Origin: a virus
Lineage: Duplodnaviria; Caudoviricetes
Virus record (IMG/VR): IMGVR_UViG_3300017741_002088
Location: 1-52,467 of that record
Direction: 5' to 3' (one strand)
Length of the DNA: 52,467 nucleotides
The notes beneath the pieces were generated by a model. That model was not told the origin of the DNA, searched no databases, and worked only from the letters and a program-made list of their open reading frames with translations. This document shows positions 18,625 to 28,093 of the stretch, one piece after another (position 1 is the stretch's first letter; the number at the start of each line of letters is the position of its first letter). Made by a program: the position numbers and the translations under genes.

Positions 18625-21144
18625 ATGACTACACTATCTTCTATAAGAGTCTTAGCAGAAACAGATGCTGGAACTACAGGACTAGATTCATCTGATGTTC
18701 TTGGATTAGCAGGAGGTGTGCTTAATGTCTTCAGTTCATTAGATTCACTTCCAGTATCATCATTAACTGCTGGTGATCAGGCATATGTGACAAGCAATAA
18801 TAGATTGTACATTTCTAATGGTTCTGGTTGGTACAATGTTGCATTAGTAAATTTATCTCCAACGATGAGTCTAGATCAATCAGGGACTATTGAATTATCT
18901 TCGGAAGGGGCAACAACTACTGTCACAATTACTGCGGCAGATGCAGATAATCCTGAAGCGATATTATCATACAGCGTTGAATCTAGTGGTGACTTTTTCA
19001 AGATGGCAACATTAAGTCAAGATTCAACTGTCTTTACTATTACACCAAGAACGGAAGATTCATCAGTTGCGCTTGGTGATGATGGTGTTGCATCTTTAAC
19101 ATTCAAAACGACTGATAATATTAATCAAGCGACTGAAGCATTATCATTCACTTTATCTTTTATCACTACCATTGATTCATCACAACATACAACATTTTTG
19201 CTCAAGTCGTCAAATGAAAATTATGGTACATATGCTTCACAGGCATATAAGTTCAGAGATTCTAATAACAATTTATTAGCATGGGATGCTAATGTTGGAG
19301 ACGTACATTCCTCAGCGTTTACTCCATATAAGAACAACTATAGTTTATTGCTAGACGGTAATGGAGATTATGTAAGAACTGGGTTTACCACAGTTGCTGA
19401 TTTACCAGGAGACTACACTATCGAATGTTGGATATACCCAAGAGCATTAACTGGCAATCACTTGATAGTAGACACTTTTGTATCAGGGTACAACGGTTCT
19501 TACCAATTATATTGGAGAAGTACTGGTTCTTCTTTGGCAATGTATAATCCACAAGATGGTGTATTTTTACAAGACCCTAGCAGTTCAACTATCGCAGTGA
19601 ATAATTGGTATCATATTGCTGTAACTAGATCTGGAACTACTGGTAGAATGTTTATAAACGGTGCTCTTGTTGATACTGGCACTCACGATCAGGATTTGAC
19701 ACATGGAAGAAGTTTAGCAATCGGTACTCAACTCGCCAATTCGAATAACTATTTTGATGGGTTTATCAGCAATGTTAGAATAATAAACGGAACAGCAATT
19801 TATACATCAGCATTTACACCCCCAACTGAACCTTTAGAGGCAATCACGAACACATCGTTTCTTGGGATGCATCTCCCTTACCTTGCAGACGGTTCAACAA
19901 ACGATACTACGTTAAGAATGCATGGAAATGGTGCACTTATTCCATGGTCACCGTTTCTTAAAGAACCATATGATGGTTCTAAACATGGAATGTCTTTACA
20001 ATTTAATGGTACTAATCAACGAGTACAACATGACACAACTACAGTAAATCCAGGAACAGGAGATTGTACTTGGGAATGTTGGATATATCCATATAATGAT
20101 ACCACTTCGAGTATAATATTTGAAACACAAAATGGTATGTATGCGTGGATTAGTTACAATAGCATAACGTTATATGGTCCATCTGGTCTAAGGATTGATT
20201 ATTCTCGCGTTGGTGAAGCAGACAGGACATGGCACCATTTCGCTGCAACTAAATCTGGCAGCACTTACACAATGTGGGTGAACGGTAAAAATGCAGGAAC
20301 TGATACTGGTCCAGCAGATGTTACAGGAACTGGTATATCGTTTGGATGTAGATACGGAACTAATTCACTAGACAACGTTGGAGCAGTTGCAGATTTTCAT
20401 ATTACTAAAGAAGTCAAATATACTTCTGAATTCACCCCTCCTACATCAGCAGTTGCTCATAGTCCAGGAAAAACGTTAATGAGATGGGCAGATGATGTAA
20501 AAATTTATGATGCATCAGGAACTCATGAATTACATAAATTGAGTGGTGGTGGTGGACCACAACAAAGCACATCAGTAAGAAAATGGTCTACTCATTCTTC
20601 TACACAATTTACTGGAAACGATGCTATGTTCCTTGGTTCAGAACGTATTTCAGAACAAGAACCAAGTATGATTTTGGACTGTGTTCCTATTGGTACTGAA
20701 GATTTTACTATCGAAGGTTGGTTTTATTGGTCGTCTCACGCGAACAATCGTTACTTGTATTCTCAAAGTTATGCTATACAATTATACACAAATTCCAACG
20801 GTTATATGAATTTGCTTGTAAATGATAGCAATGACAGTTCGTCATACATCATCAGTTTAACAGATAATCTGGCGATCGGAATCAACACTTGGCATCATGT
20901 AGCACTGGTCAGAAACGGTTCTTCCTTTGTTGTTTATGTTAACGGACAATCGTATCTTGCAGGAACATCAAGTGGTGCTCTTCCAGAAGTTAGAACTGCT
21001 GGATTTGGCACTTTTGCTTATGGTGCGTCACAGACAGGTGGTGCTGCTAATTTTGTTGGGTATATGCAAGACCTTAGAATCTCAAAGGGATTAGCGAGAT
21101 ACACCACAAACTTTACTCCACCGACAGAAGAGTTTTTGCAATAA
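18625..21144 (+). CDS. Virion protein with multiple LamG/concanavalin A-like domains
   Basis: Three copies of T.E.W.Y...W.H.A..(R/K).G....(F/W/Y).NG...G......(R/H)I......YT..FTPPT. Confidence 0.8.
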   Translation: MTTLSSIRVLAETDAGTTGLDSSDVLGLAGGVLNVFSSLDSLPVSSLTAGDQAYVTSNNRLYISNGSGWYNVALVNLSPTMSLDQSGTIELSSEGATTTVTITAADADNPEAILSYSVESSGDFFKMATLSQDSTVFTITPRTEDSSVALGDDGVASLTFKTTDNINQATEALSFTLSFITTIDSSQHTTFLLKSSNENYGTYASQAYKFRDSNNNLLAWDANVGDVHSSAFTPYKNNYSLLLDGNGDYVRTGFTTVADLPGDYTIECWIYPRALTGNHLIVDTFVSGYNGSYQLYWRSTGSSLAMYNPQDGVFLQDPSSSTIAVNNWYHIAVTRSGTTGRMFINGALVDTGTHDQDLTHGRSLAIGTQLANSNNYFDGFISNVRIINGTAIYTSAFTPPTEPLEAITNTSFLGMHLPYLADGSTNDTTLRMHGNGALIPWSPFLKEPYDGSKHGMSLQFNGTNQRVQHDTTTVNPGTGDCTWECWIYPYNDTTSSIIFETQNGMYAWISYNSITLYGPSGLRIDYSRVGEADRTWHHFAATKSGSTYTMWVNGKNAGTDTGPADVTGTGISFGCRYGTNSLDNVGAVADFHITKEVKYTSEFTPPTSAVAHSPGKTLMRWADDVKIYDASGTHELHKLSGGGGPQQSTSVRKWSTHSSTQFTGNDAMFLGSERISEQEPSMILDCVPIGTEDFTIEGWFYWSSHANNRYLYSQSYAIQLYTNSNGYMNLLVNDSNDSSSYIISLTDNLAIGINTWHHVALVRNGSSFVVYVNGQSYLAGTSSGALPEVRTAGFGTFAYGASQTGGAANFVGYMQDLRISKGLARYTTNFTPPTEEFLQ

Positions 21145-21157
21145 CTATAGATAATGC

Positions 21158-21186
21158 TTTACTTCTATGATGCACTGTGATATAAT
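21158..21186 (+). promoter_or_regulatory. Sigma70-like early/middle promoter
   Basis: TTTACT-N17-TATAAT with TG extension. Confidence 0.75.
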
Positions 21187-21192
21187 AACTTT

Positions 21193-21639
21193 ATGATTGA
21201 TTTGAAAAGTATACATGAGATGTGGCAACAAGATTGCCAAATAAACAACATGAAATTAGATGTGGCATCTTCACAGACTCCTACGCTGCATGCTAAATAT
21301 CTTGAACTTTTGACGACTGCTAAACTTCAATTGAAGCGAACAGAGCAAGCGCAGAAGATATTACTCAAACAAAAATGGTTATATTATAATGGTAAAATGT
21401 CAGAAGAAGATATTTTAGAAACAGGTTGGGAACTCGACCCATTTAATGGATTGAAAATATTAAAAGGTGAGATGGACTATTATTATGACTCAGACCCAGA
21501 GATACAAAAGTCTGAAGACAAAATACAGTACATGAAAACGATTGTAGAAACACTTATAGATATTGTTGATTCATTAAAGTGGCGTCATCAGACAATTGGT
21601 AATATAATCAAGTGGAAACAATTCGAGTCGGGAAACTAA
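21193..21639 (+). CDS. uvsY: Recombination mediator UvsY
   Basis: W..D..I....L......P.LHAKYL, YY.GK; position before uvsW. Confidence 0.85.
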   Translation: MIDLKSIHEMWQQDCQINNMKLDVASSQTPTLHAKYLELLTTAKLQLKRTEQAQKILLKQKWLYYNGKMSEEDILETGWELDPFNGLKILKGEMDYYYDSDPEIQKSEDKIQYMKTIVETLIDIVDSLKWRHQTIGNIIKWKQFESGN

Positions 21640-23090
21640 ATCATAGTGAAATCATCGTTCAGTGTGACGGTGGAACATCCCAAGAACTTAACGAGTTCTT
21701 CTCTTTCTTCGTACCAGGATATAAGTTTATGCCTGCATTCAAATCAAGAATGTGGGACGGAAAAATACGTTTGTTCAATAGGCAAACAGGTACTCTCCCT
21801 GCAGGTTTATTTTATCATCTAGAATCGTTTTGTGTTCAACGCGGTTATGTTTGCGATGTAGTAGATTCAGATTATGGAACGCCTGATGATAAAAACGAAA
21901 TACGACCTGACACATTAAAACAATATGTTGATGATTTAAAATTACCATTTCCGATGCGAGATTATCAGTTTCAGTGCGTTGGTGAAGCAATCACTAGAAA
22001 ACGTGCGATCCTTTTATCTCCTACAGGTTCAGGTAAATCTTTGATGATTTATGGACTAGCGAGAATATGGAATCAACATCTAGCGAGTAATGCAGGACGT
22101 GTTCTTGTTATCGTCCCCACTACTTCTCTCGTTGAACAGATGTATAATGACTTCAAAGGGTATGGAATGCCCGAGAATGAAATGCATAGGATATACTCAG
22201 GGAAAGATAAAGATGTAGATTGCAACTATGTCATATCAACTTGGCAGTCAATTTATAAATTACCTAAAGTTTGGTTTGAACAGTTCGGTTGTGTATTCGG
22301 TGATGAAGTTCACGGATTCAAATCTAAATCTCTTAGCGGTATCATGAATAAATGTACACAGGCAGAATATCGTTTCGGAACAACAGGAACATTAGATGGA
22401 GCGCAAACACATGAATTGGTTTTACAAGGACTCTTCGGGAAAATCTACAGAGTCACGACAACAAAAAAATTACAAGATAACGACACGCTCGCAAAATTAT
22501 CTATCAGGCGACTCGTTCTTAATTATCCGCAAACGCTCAGGAAAACCTTCGGGAAACAAACGTATCAAGACGAACTCGACTTTATCGTTGGTCACGAAAA
22601 GCGGAATAGATTTATCACGAATCTTGCGCTGGATCTAAAAGGTAACACTCTCGTCCTATATAATTATGTGGAAAAGCATGGGAAACCATTGTTTCAATCA
22701 ATAAAGGAAAGGGCAGATGAAAATCGTAAAATATTTTTTGTCTCTGGTGGAACAGATACCTCCGACCGCGAAGCAATACGAGGAATTGTGGAAAAGTTGT
22801 CAGGAGCAATCATTGTTGCTTCATTAGGAACTTTCTCTACAGGGATTAATATTAAGAACCTACATAATATTATATTTGCCTCGCCGAGTAAAAGTCAAAT
22901 TAGAGTTTTACAGTCTATAGGCAGGGGTCTTAGAAAATCAGACGATGGAAGAGTCACCACATTATATGATATCACAGACGATATCAGTTGGCAAAAACGA
23001 CAAAATTTTGCTCTGCTACATAGTTTCGAAAGATTGAAAATGTATAAAGCAGAACAGTTTACTTGTAACACCACGAAAGTTGAGATATGA
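21612..23090 (+). CDS. uvsW: UvsW DNA helicase
   Basis: WDGKIRLF, SPTGSGKS, DEVH, TGT, QSIGRGLR. Confidence 0.95.
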   Translation: METIRVGKLNHSEIIVQCDGGTSQELNEFFSFFVPGYKFMPAFKSRMWDGKIRLFNRQTGTLPAGLFYHLESFCVQRGYVCDVVDSDYGTPDDKNEIRPDTLKQYVDDLKLPFPMRDYQFQCVGEAITRKRAILLSPTGSGKSLMIYGLARIWNQHLASNAGRVLVIVPTTSLVEQMYNDFKGYGMPENEMHRIYSGKDKDVDCNYVISTWQSIYKLPKVWFEQFGCVFGDEVHGFKSKSLSGIMNKCTQAEYRFGTTGTLDGAQTHELVLQGLFGKIYRVTTTKKLQDNDTLAKLSIRRLVLNYPQTLRKTFGKQTYQDELDFIVGHEKRNRFITNLALDLKGNTLVLYNYVEKHGKPLFQSIKERADENRKIFFVSGGTDTSDREAIRGIVEKLSGAIIVASLGTFSTGINIKNLHNIIFASPSKSQIRVLQSIGRGLRKSDDGRVTTLYDITDDISWQKRQNFALLHSFERLKMYKAEQFTCNTTKVEI

Positions 23091-23575
23091 ATCTGAAACA
23101 GTTAAAACTAACTAACAATGAAGAAATCATTTGTGAAGTTTTAGAACAAAACGATGATCATGGAGACTTGATTGTTCGAAAAATTTTGCGCGTTGTAACA
23201 CAGGATGACTTTGATCAAAATATTAGATACTATTCTTTCAGACCATGGGTATCTTTTCAAGATGATATAGAAGAACTTTCTGTTCTTAACACTGGGCATA
23301 TTATTACGGAAACTGCACCATCGAATATTCTTATCAGTCATTGGAATGGTGCGTGGAAAGAAATAGCGGAAACTAATATCGCGAAACGTGAACTAAATTT
23401 AGATCAAATCCTTGCTGAAAATCCAGACTTCGATGAGGATGATATACAAGAATTGATCCTAGAAAAAATCGCGGAAGCAGAGATAGAAAAAGAAGAAATC
23501 CGTCTCGGTCAATTTTCTGCAGATTCTAGCGCAACAAACATTATACATTTCAAACCAACAGACACGAAGCATTAG
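23087..23575 (+). CDS. Conserved hypothetical protein between uvsW and gene 55
   Basis: KLTNNEEIIC, RPW motifs; synteny. Confidence 0.7.
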   Translation: MNLKQLKLTNNEEIICEVLEQNDDHGDLIVRKILRVVTQDDFDQNIRYYSFRPWVSFQDDIEELSVLNTGHIITETAPSNILISHWNGAWKEIAETNIAKRELNLDQILAENPDFDEDDIQELILEKIAEAEIEKEEIRLGQFSADSSATNIIHFKPTDTKH

Positions 23576-23604
23576 GGTATTCCCCCTTTCCCGACGATTA
23601 CTCT

Positions 23605-23633
23605 ATTATATCATAAAAATCGGGATCGGACAA
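23605..23633 (-). promoter_or_regulatory. Antisense sigma70-like promoter
   Basis: Minus strand reads TTGTCC-N17-TATAAT with TGA extension. Confidence 0.55.
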
Positions 23634-23668
23634 GGAATATCTTTTTGTTTAACAAGATAACATAATCC

Positions 23669-23697
23669 TTTATATTTTTTAAATAATGTGATATAAT
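23669..23697 (+). promoter_or_regulatory. Early/middle promoter of gene 55
   Basis: TTTATA-N17-TATAAT. Confidence 0.65.
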
Positions 23698-23724
23698 ATG
23701 TGTGAAGTGAAAGGAGGTGCCCGA

Positions 23725-24321
23725 ATGGCACGTACGAAAAGAGCAAGTATCCATTATGTAAATAATGCAGACTTCTCACAAGCAGTGGTTGACTATGTAA
23801 TGTCAGTCAACGAAGCAAAGGCAGCAGGAAAAAAACATCCAATCGTAACCGATTATATTGCTCAGTGTTTCCTACGAATCGCTGAAGGTTTGTCTCACAA
23901 ATCTAATTTTATTCGCTACACATATCGCGAAGAGATGGTTATGGATGCAGTTGAAAACTGTTTGCAAGCAATAGAAAATTATAATATCGAAGCAGCGACA
24001 AGAACTGGTAAACCGAATGCATTTGCATACTTCACGCAAATCACTTGGTATGCTTTTTTGAGACGTATCGCTAAAGAAAAGAAACAGCAGGATATCAAAC
24101 TAAAATATCTCACAAAATCTGGCATAGAGAACTTCATTGATAATGAAATGGGTGACGATATGTCACAGCAAGTTGCAGGTGCATTTGTTGATGGTCTACG
24201 AGATAGAATCGAAAAAGTTCGTACTATCGATGAAGAAGTGAAAGATTTTACTAAGATAGAAAAGAAACGGCAGAAACGAACACGTTCTGTTGATTCGGAT
24301 TTACAGGAGTTCCTAAAGTGA
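23725..24321 (+). CDS. 55: Late transcription sigma factor gp55
   Basis: HYVNN, IAEGLSHK.NF..YTYREEM..D, NAFAYFTQI...AFLRRI.KEKKQ; AGGAGG RBS. Confidence 0.95.
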   Translation: MARTKRASIHYVNNADFSQAVVDYVMSVNEAKAAGKKHPIVTDYIAQCFLRIAEGLSHKSNFIRYTYREEMVMDAVENCLQAIENYNIEAATRTGKPNAFAYFTQITWYAFLRRIAKEKKQQDIKLKYLTKSGIENFIDNEMGDDMSQQVAGAFVDGLRDRIEKVRTIDEEVKDFTKIEKKRQKRTRSVDSDLQEFLK

Positions 24322-25382
24322 AGATTGCCGTATTGAACGACACACACTGCGGTATTCGTAATTCTAATGAAATCTTTTTAAAGAACGCTGCTGACTTTTA
24401 TGGAAAATTATTCTTTCCTTATTGCGAAGAACATGGCATCACCCAGATAGTGCATCTGGGTGACTACTACGATCATAGAAAGTTTGTAAATTTCAAAGCA
24501 CTCAATCATAATCGTAAAAACTTTTTAGACCCAATGCGTAAACTTGGAATGAGTATGGATATCATTCCTGGCAACCACGATACGTTTTATAAAAATACAA
24601 ACGACCTGAATAGTTTGAAAGAACTGCTTGGTTATTATATGAACGAAGTTAACATCATCATGGATCCAAGAGTTATGGAATATGGTTCGCTGAAGATTGC
24701 AATGTTACCTTGGATCAATCCAGAGAATTATGAATCTTCTATGAAGTTTGTTTCAGAATGTAAAGCAGACTGGTTGGGTGGCCATCTAGAACTTGAAGGG
24801 TTTGAACTTCTCCGTGGCGTTAAAAGTACACACGGTTTAGATCATAAAGTTTTCGAGCGTTTTGAACTTGTAATGTCAGGACACTACCATGCATCAAGTC
24901 GCCAAGACAACATATGGTATCTCGGAACTCAACTCGAATTCTTTTGGAATGATGCGCATGATCCTAAAGGATTTCACGTCATCGATACTGAAACGCGAGA
25001 AGTAGAACGAATCGTGAACCCACACACTTTATTTGAGAAAGTCCTTTACGACGACGAAAAAATAGAGTATAATGATTATGATGTATCGAAATTTGATAAC
25101 AAGTTTGTAAAGATTATTGTTGTTAATAAAAATGATCAGTTCCTTTTTGATCGGTTCGTTGACCGTGTTCAAAACAGGGACATACATGAATTAAAAATCG
25201 CTGAGAACTTTAATGAATTTCTTGGTGAGAACGTGGGCGTGGAAGACGATATCAATTTTGATGACACGTCTGAGATCGTTGATACATATATAGAAGCAGT
25301 GGATACTGACCTAGATAAAGATCGCATCAAAAATCAGATGCGGGAATTGATGACTGAAGCACATGCACTGGAAATTGTATGA
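24318..25382 (+). CDS. 47: Recombination endonuclease subunit gp47 (Mre11-like)
   Basis: DTH.G, HLGD..D.RK, GNHD, SGHYH. Confidence 0.95.
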   Translation: MKIAVLNDTHCGIRNSNEIFLKNAADFYGKLFFPYCEEHGITQIVHLGDYYDHRKFVNFKALNHNRKNFLDPMRKLGMSMDIIPGNHDTFYKNTNDLNSLKELLGYYMNEVNIIMDPRVMEYGSLKIAMLPWINPENYESSMKFVSECKADWLGGHLELEGFELLRGVKSTHGLDHKVFERFELVMSGHYHASSRQDNIWYLGTQLEFFWNDAHDPKGFHVIDTETREVERIVNPHTLFEKVLYDDEKIEYNDYDVSKFDNKFVKIIVVNKNDQFLFDRFVDRVQNRDIHELKIAENFNEFLGENVGVEDDINFDDTSEIVDTYIEAVDTDLDKDRIKNQMRELMTEAHALEIV

Positions 25383-27091
25383 TATTATTTAAGACTGTTC
25401 GTTATAAGAATTTTTTATCGACAGGTAATACTTTCACAGAAATAGATCTAAGAAGATATCAATCAACCCTTGTGGTTGGTCAAAATGGCGCAGGTAAGTC
25501 TACTATGCTTGATGCCATTTCGTTTGGTCTATTTGGTAAAGCGCACCGAAACATAAACAAAAAACAACTCATAAACTCAGTGAATAAGAAACAATGTGTT
25601 GTCGAAGTCGAGTTTATGATTGGGGCAAACAACTTCAAAGTTATTCGTGGAATCAGACCAGGAGTTTTCGAGATATGGAAAAACGACACCCTGATCAACC
25701 AAGCGAGTCACAATAGAGAATACCAACAAGTCCTTGAAAACAATATAATGAAACTCAACCACAAAACGTTTCATCAAGTTGTTGTCCTTGGATCATCATC
25801 GTTCATTCCTTTTATGCAACTTCAAGGAAGTCACCGAAGAGAAGTCATCGAAGATTTACTCGACATAAACGTATTCAGTGCAATGAATACACTACTGAAA
25901 GAAAAAACTAATGTTCTTAAAGAAACCCTCAAAGATTTAAATTACAATATTGACATTCAAAACAATAAAATCGACGCTCAGGACAAATACATACGAGATG
26001 TTGCTGCTCTGACTGAGGAAAGTAAGAAGGAATATGAATCTAGGATACATGCATCGCAGAATAGTATCGATGAACTACAGAATGCGAATAACGTCCTTAG
26101 CATGGGTCTCGAAGAATCTATCGGAGAAACCGAAGAAAGGCATTCATCTTTATCGGATAAACGCCAAGGACTTATGCTCAGAGGTCAAGATCGGCAGACA
26201 AATCTCGCCAACATCAGGCAGCGGATCACCTTTTTCGAAGAGAATGAGGTTTGTTCCGTATGCGACCAAACCATCTCAGACTCGCATAAACATGTCATTC
26301 TCGAAGATGCGAAACAAGAAGCGGAAGGAATCCAATCATCGCTGCGTCAGATCGGGTCGGAAGGGACATCCGTGGAGAAAGAGATTAATGAGAATGGATT
26401 GTTACTTCAATCGTTACGATCTAAAGTATCTCAACTCGGTGAGAACAACCGCGAGATCTCTACGCTCCAGGATCAAATCCGTCAATATCAGAAATCATTA
26501 GATAAAGATGTTGGTGCTGACCTGACTAATGCAAAATCAGATCGTGATGCCATGAAGGTTGAAAAAGATGGCATGCTAGAGAAAAAAATTAATGCGTCGG
26601 AACAGTTTAATTATAATTCTGTTATCGGTGAGATGCTAAAAGATACTGGCATCAAGACAAAGATTATCAAGCAATATCTTCCAGCGATAAATAAACTTGT
26701 TAATCAGTATCTACAGGTTCTTGACTTCTTTGTCCATTTCAATTTGGATGAGTCGTTTCAAGAAACTATTCGCTCTCGACACAGAGACGAGTTTACATAT
26801 GACTCTTTCAGTGAAGGTGAAAAACAACGAATTGATTTGGCGTTGCTATTTACATGGCGCCAAATCGCTAAAATGAAAAATAGTGTAGCAACAAATCTTT
26901 TGATCCTTGATGAGACATTCGACTCCTCTCTTGATCATGAAGGTGTTGAAAATCTGATGAAGATATTAAATACGCTTGACGATGACACTAACATCTTTGT
27001 CATCTCCCATAAAGGTGAGATCCTTGACGGTAGATTTAAAACAAAGATTGAATTTAAGAAAGAAAAGAATTTCAGCAAAATGGTTGCTTAA
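25379..27091 (+). CDS. 46: Recombination ATPase gp46 (Rad50-like)
   Basis: GQNGAGKST, CxxC hook (CSVC), FSEGEK, LILDE. Confidence 0.95.
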   Translation: MILFKTVRYKNFLSTGNTFTEIDLRRYQSTLVVGQNGAGKSTMLDAISFGLFGKAHRNINKKQLINSVNKKQCVVEVEFMIGANNFKVIRGIRPGVFEIWKNDTLINQASHNREYQQVLENNIMKLNHKTFHQVVVLGSSSFIPFMQLQGSHRREVIEDLLDINVFSAMNTLLKEKTNVLKETLKDLNYNIDIQNNKIDAQDKYIRDVAALTEESKKEYESRIHASQNSIDELQNANNVLSMGLEESIGETEERHSSLSDKRQGLMLRGQDRQTNLANIRQRITFFEENEVCSVCDQTISDSHKHVILEDAKQEAEGIQSSLRQIGSEGTSVEKEINENGLLLQSLRSKVSQLGENNREISTLQDQIRQYQKSLDKDVGADLTNAKSDRDAMKVEKDGMLEKKINASEQFNYNSVIGEMLKDTGIKTKIIKQYLPAINKLVNQYLQVLDFFVHFNLDESFQETIRSRHRDEFTYDSFSEGEKQRIDLALLFTWRQIAKMKNSVATNLLILDETFDSSLDHEGVENLMKILNTLDDDTNIFVISHKGEILDGRFKTKIEFKKEKNFSKMVA

Positions 27092-27094
27092 TCC

Positions 27095-27123
27095 TTTACT
27101 TTCTACACATAATGTAGTATAAT
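27095..27123 (+). promoter_or_regulatory. Early/middle promoter
   Basis: TTTACT-N17-TATAAT. Confidence 0.75.
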
Positions 27124-27152
27124 ATGATCATAATAATTTCACGGAGTAGATT

Positions 27153-27830
27153 ATGGAATTGAGTCAAAACACACTTGATGTTCTGAAAAACTTTTCAGGC
27201 ATCAATCAAAACCTTCTAATCAAAGAAGGTAATACAATTAAAACTATTTCTGAAGCGAAGAATGTAGTTGCAACTGCACACGTCGCTGAAGAGTTTCCGC
27301 AAACTTTGGGCATTTATGACCTGAACGAATTTATCGGTGTACTCGGTTTGGTTGATAATCCAAATCTAAAATTCACTGATTCATCAGTTCTTGTTGGTGA
27401 TGCCAGCGGACGTTCGCAAGTTCGTTATTTCTTCTCTCCTGAGGAGACATTGACTTCGCCAACGAAAGATATTAACATGCCTTCTTCCGAAGTCAAGTTC
27501 ACTCTAGATAATGAGACAATGGGTAAAATCAAACGTGCTGCCTCTACTCTAGGACATAACGAACTTTCTGTCACACAAAGTGACGGTGTGTTACGACTCT
27601 CTGTTCTTGACACTACGAATTCAACATCGAATTCATATGTCATCGATATGGAGGGTGAGTTTGCTGAGGGTGCAGTGTTCAACTTTATTCTTAGCATCTC
27701 AAACCTTAAAATGATTTCTGGCGATTATGAAGTCAGTATCTCTTCAAAACTCATTTCTGAATTCAAGAACAAAGATATGAATGTCAGTTACTGGGTTGCA
27801 CTTGAAAAATCCTCAACATTTGGAGCATAA
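27153..27830 (+). CDS. 45: Sliding clamp gp45
   Basis: LKNFSGINQ, IYDLNEF, Y(W)VALE; synteny. Confidence 0.95.
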   Translation: MELSQNTLDVLKNFSGINQNLLIKEGNTIKTISEAKNVVATAHVAEEFPQTLGIYDLNEFIGVLGLVDNPNLKFTDSSVLVGDASGRSQVRYFFSPEETLTSPTKDINMPSSEVKFTLDNETMGKIKRAASTLGHNELSVTQSDGVLRLSVLDTTNSTSNSYVIDMEGEFAEGAVFNFILSISNLKMISGDYEVSISSKLISEFKNKDMNVSYWVALEKSSTFGA

Positions 27831-27835
27831 TAGAC

Positions 27836-28039
27836 ATGTCTGATAATACGCAAGAACTCATGAAACTTGCTAACCAAGTCTCTCGCTCAACCATTGCAGT
27901 GGTTGACGCTGTCACACAACGTGGCGGATTTAAAGGAGAAGAACTTTCTACTATCGGTCAACTGCGTGATCAAGCAGTTCAGATCGTATCTTTGGTAGAG
28001 CAAATGCAGCAAGAAGCAGCAATGGAAGACGGTGATTAA
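27836..28039 (+). CDS. Small conserved hypothetical protein
   Basis: 67 aa, D...QRG.FKGEEL..IG motif. Confidence 0.7.
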   Translation: MSDNTQELMKLANQVSRSTIAVVDAVTQRGGFKGEELSTIGQLRDQAVQIVSLVEQMQQEAAMEDGD

Positions 28040-28041
28040 TC

Positions 28042-28070
28042 TTTACTTTCTCCTGTTTTTGAGTTATAAT
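28042..28070 (+). promoter_or_regulatory. Early/middle promoter
   Basis: TTTACT-N17-TATAAT. Confidence 0.7.
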
Positions 28071-28093
28071 TATATTATGTTTGGAGTTTGTAA

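Noticed and set aside
22396-22638. 80-aa alternative-frame ORF inside uvsW
   Set aside because: Short enough to arise by chance; overlaps conserved helicase sequence; no further support
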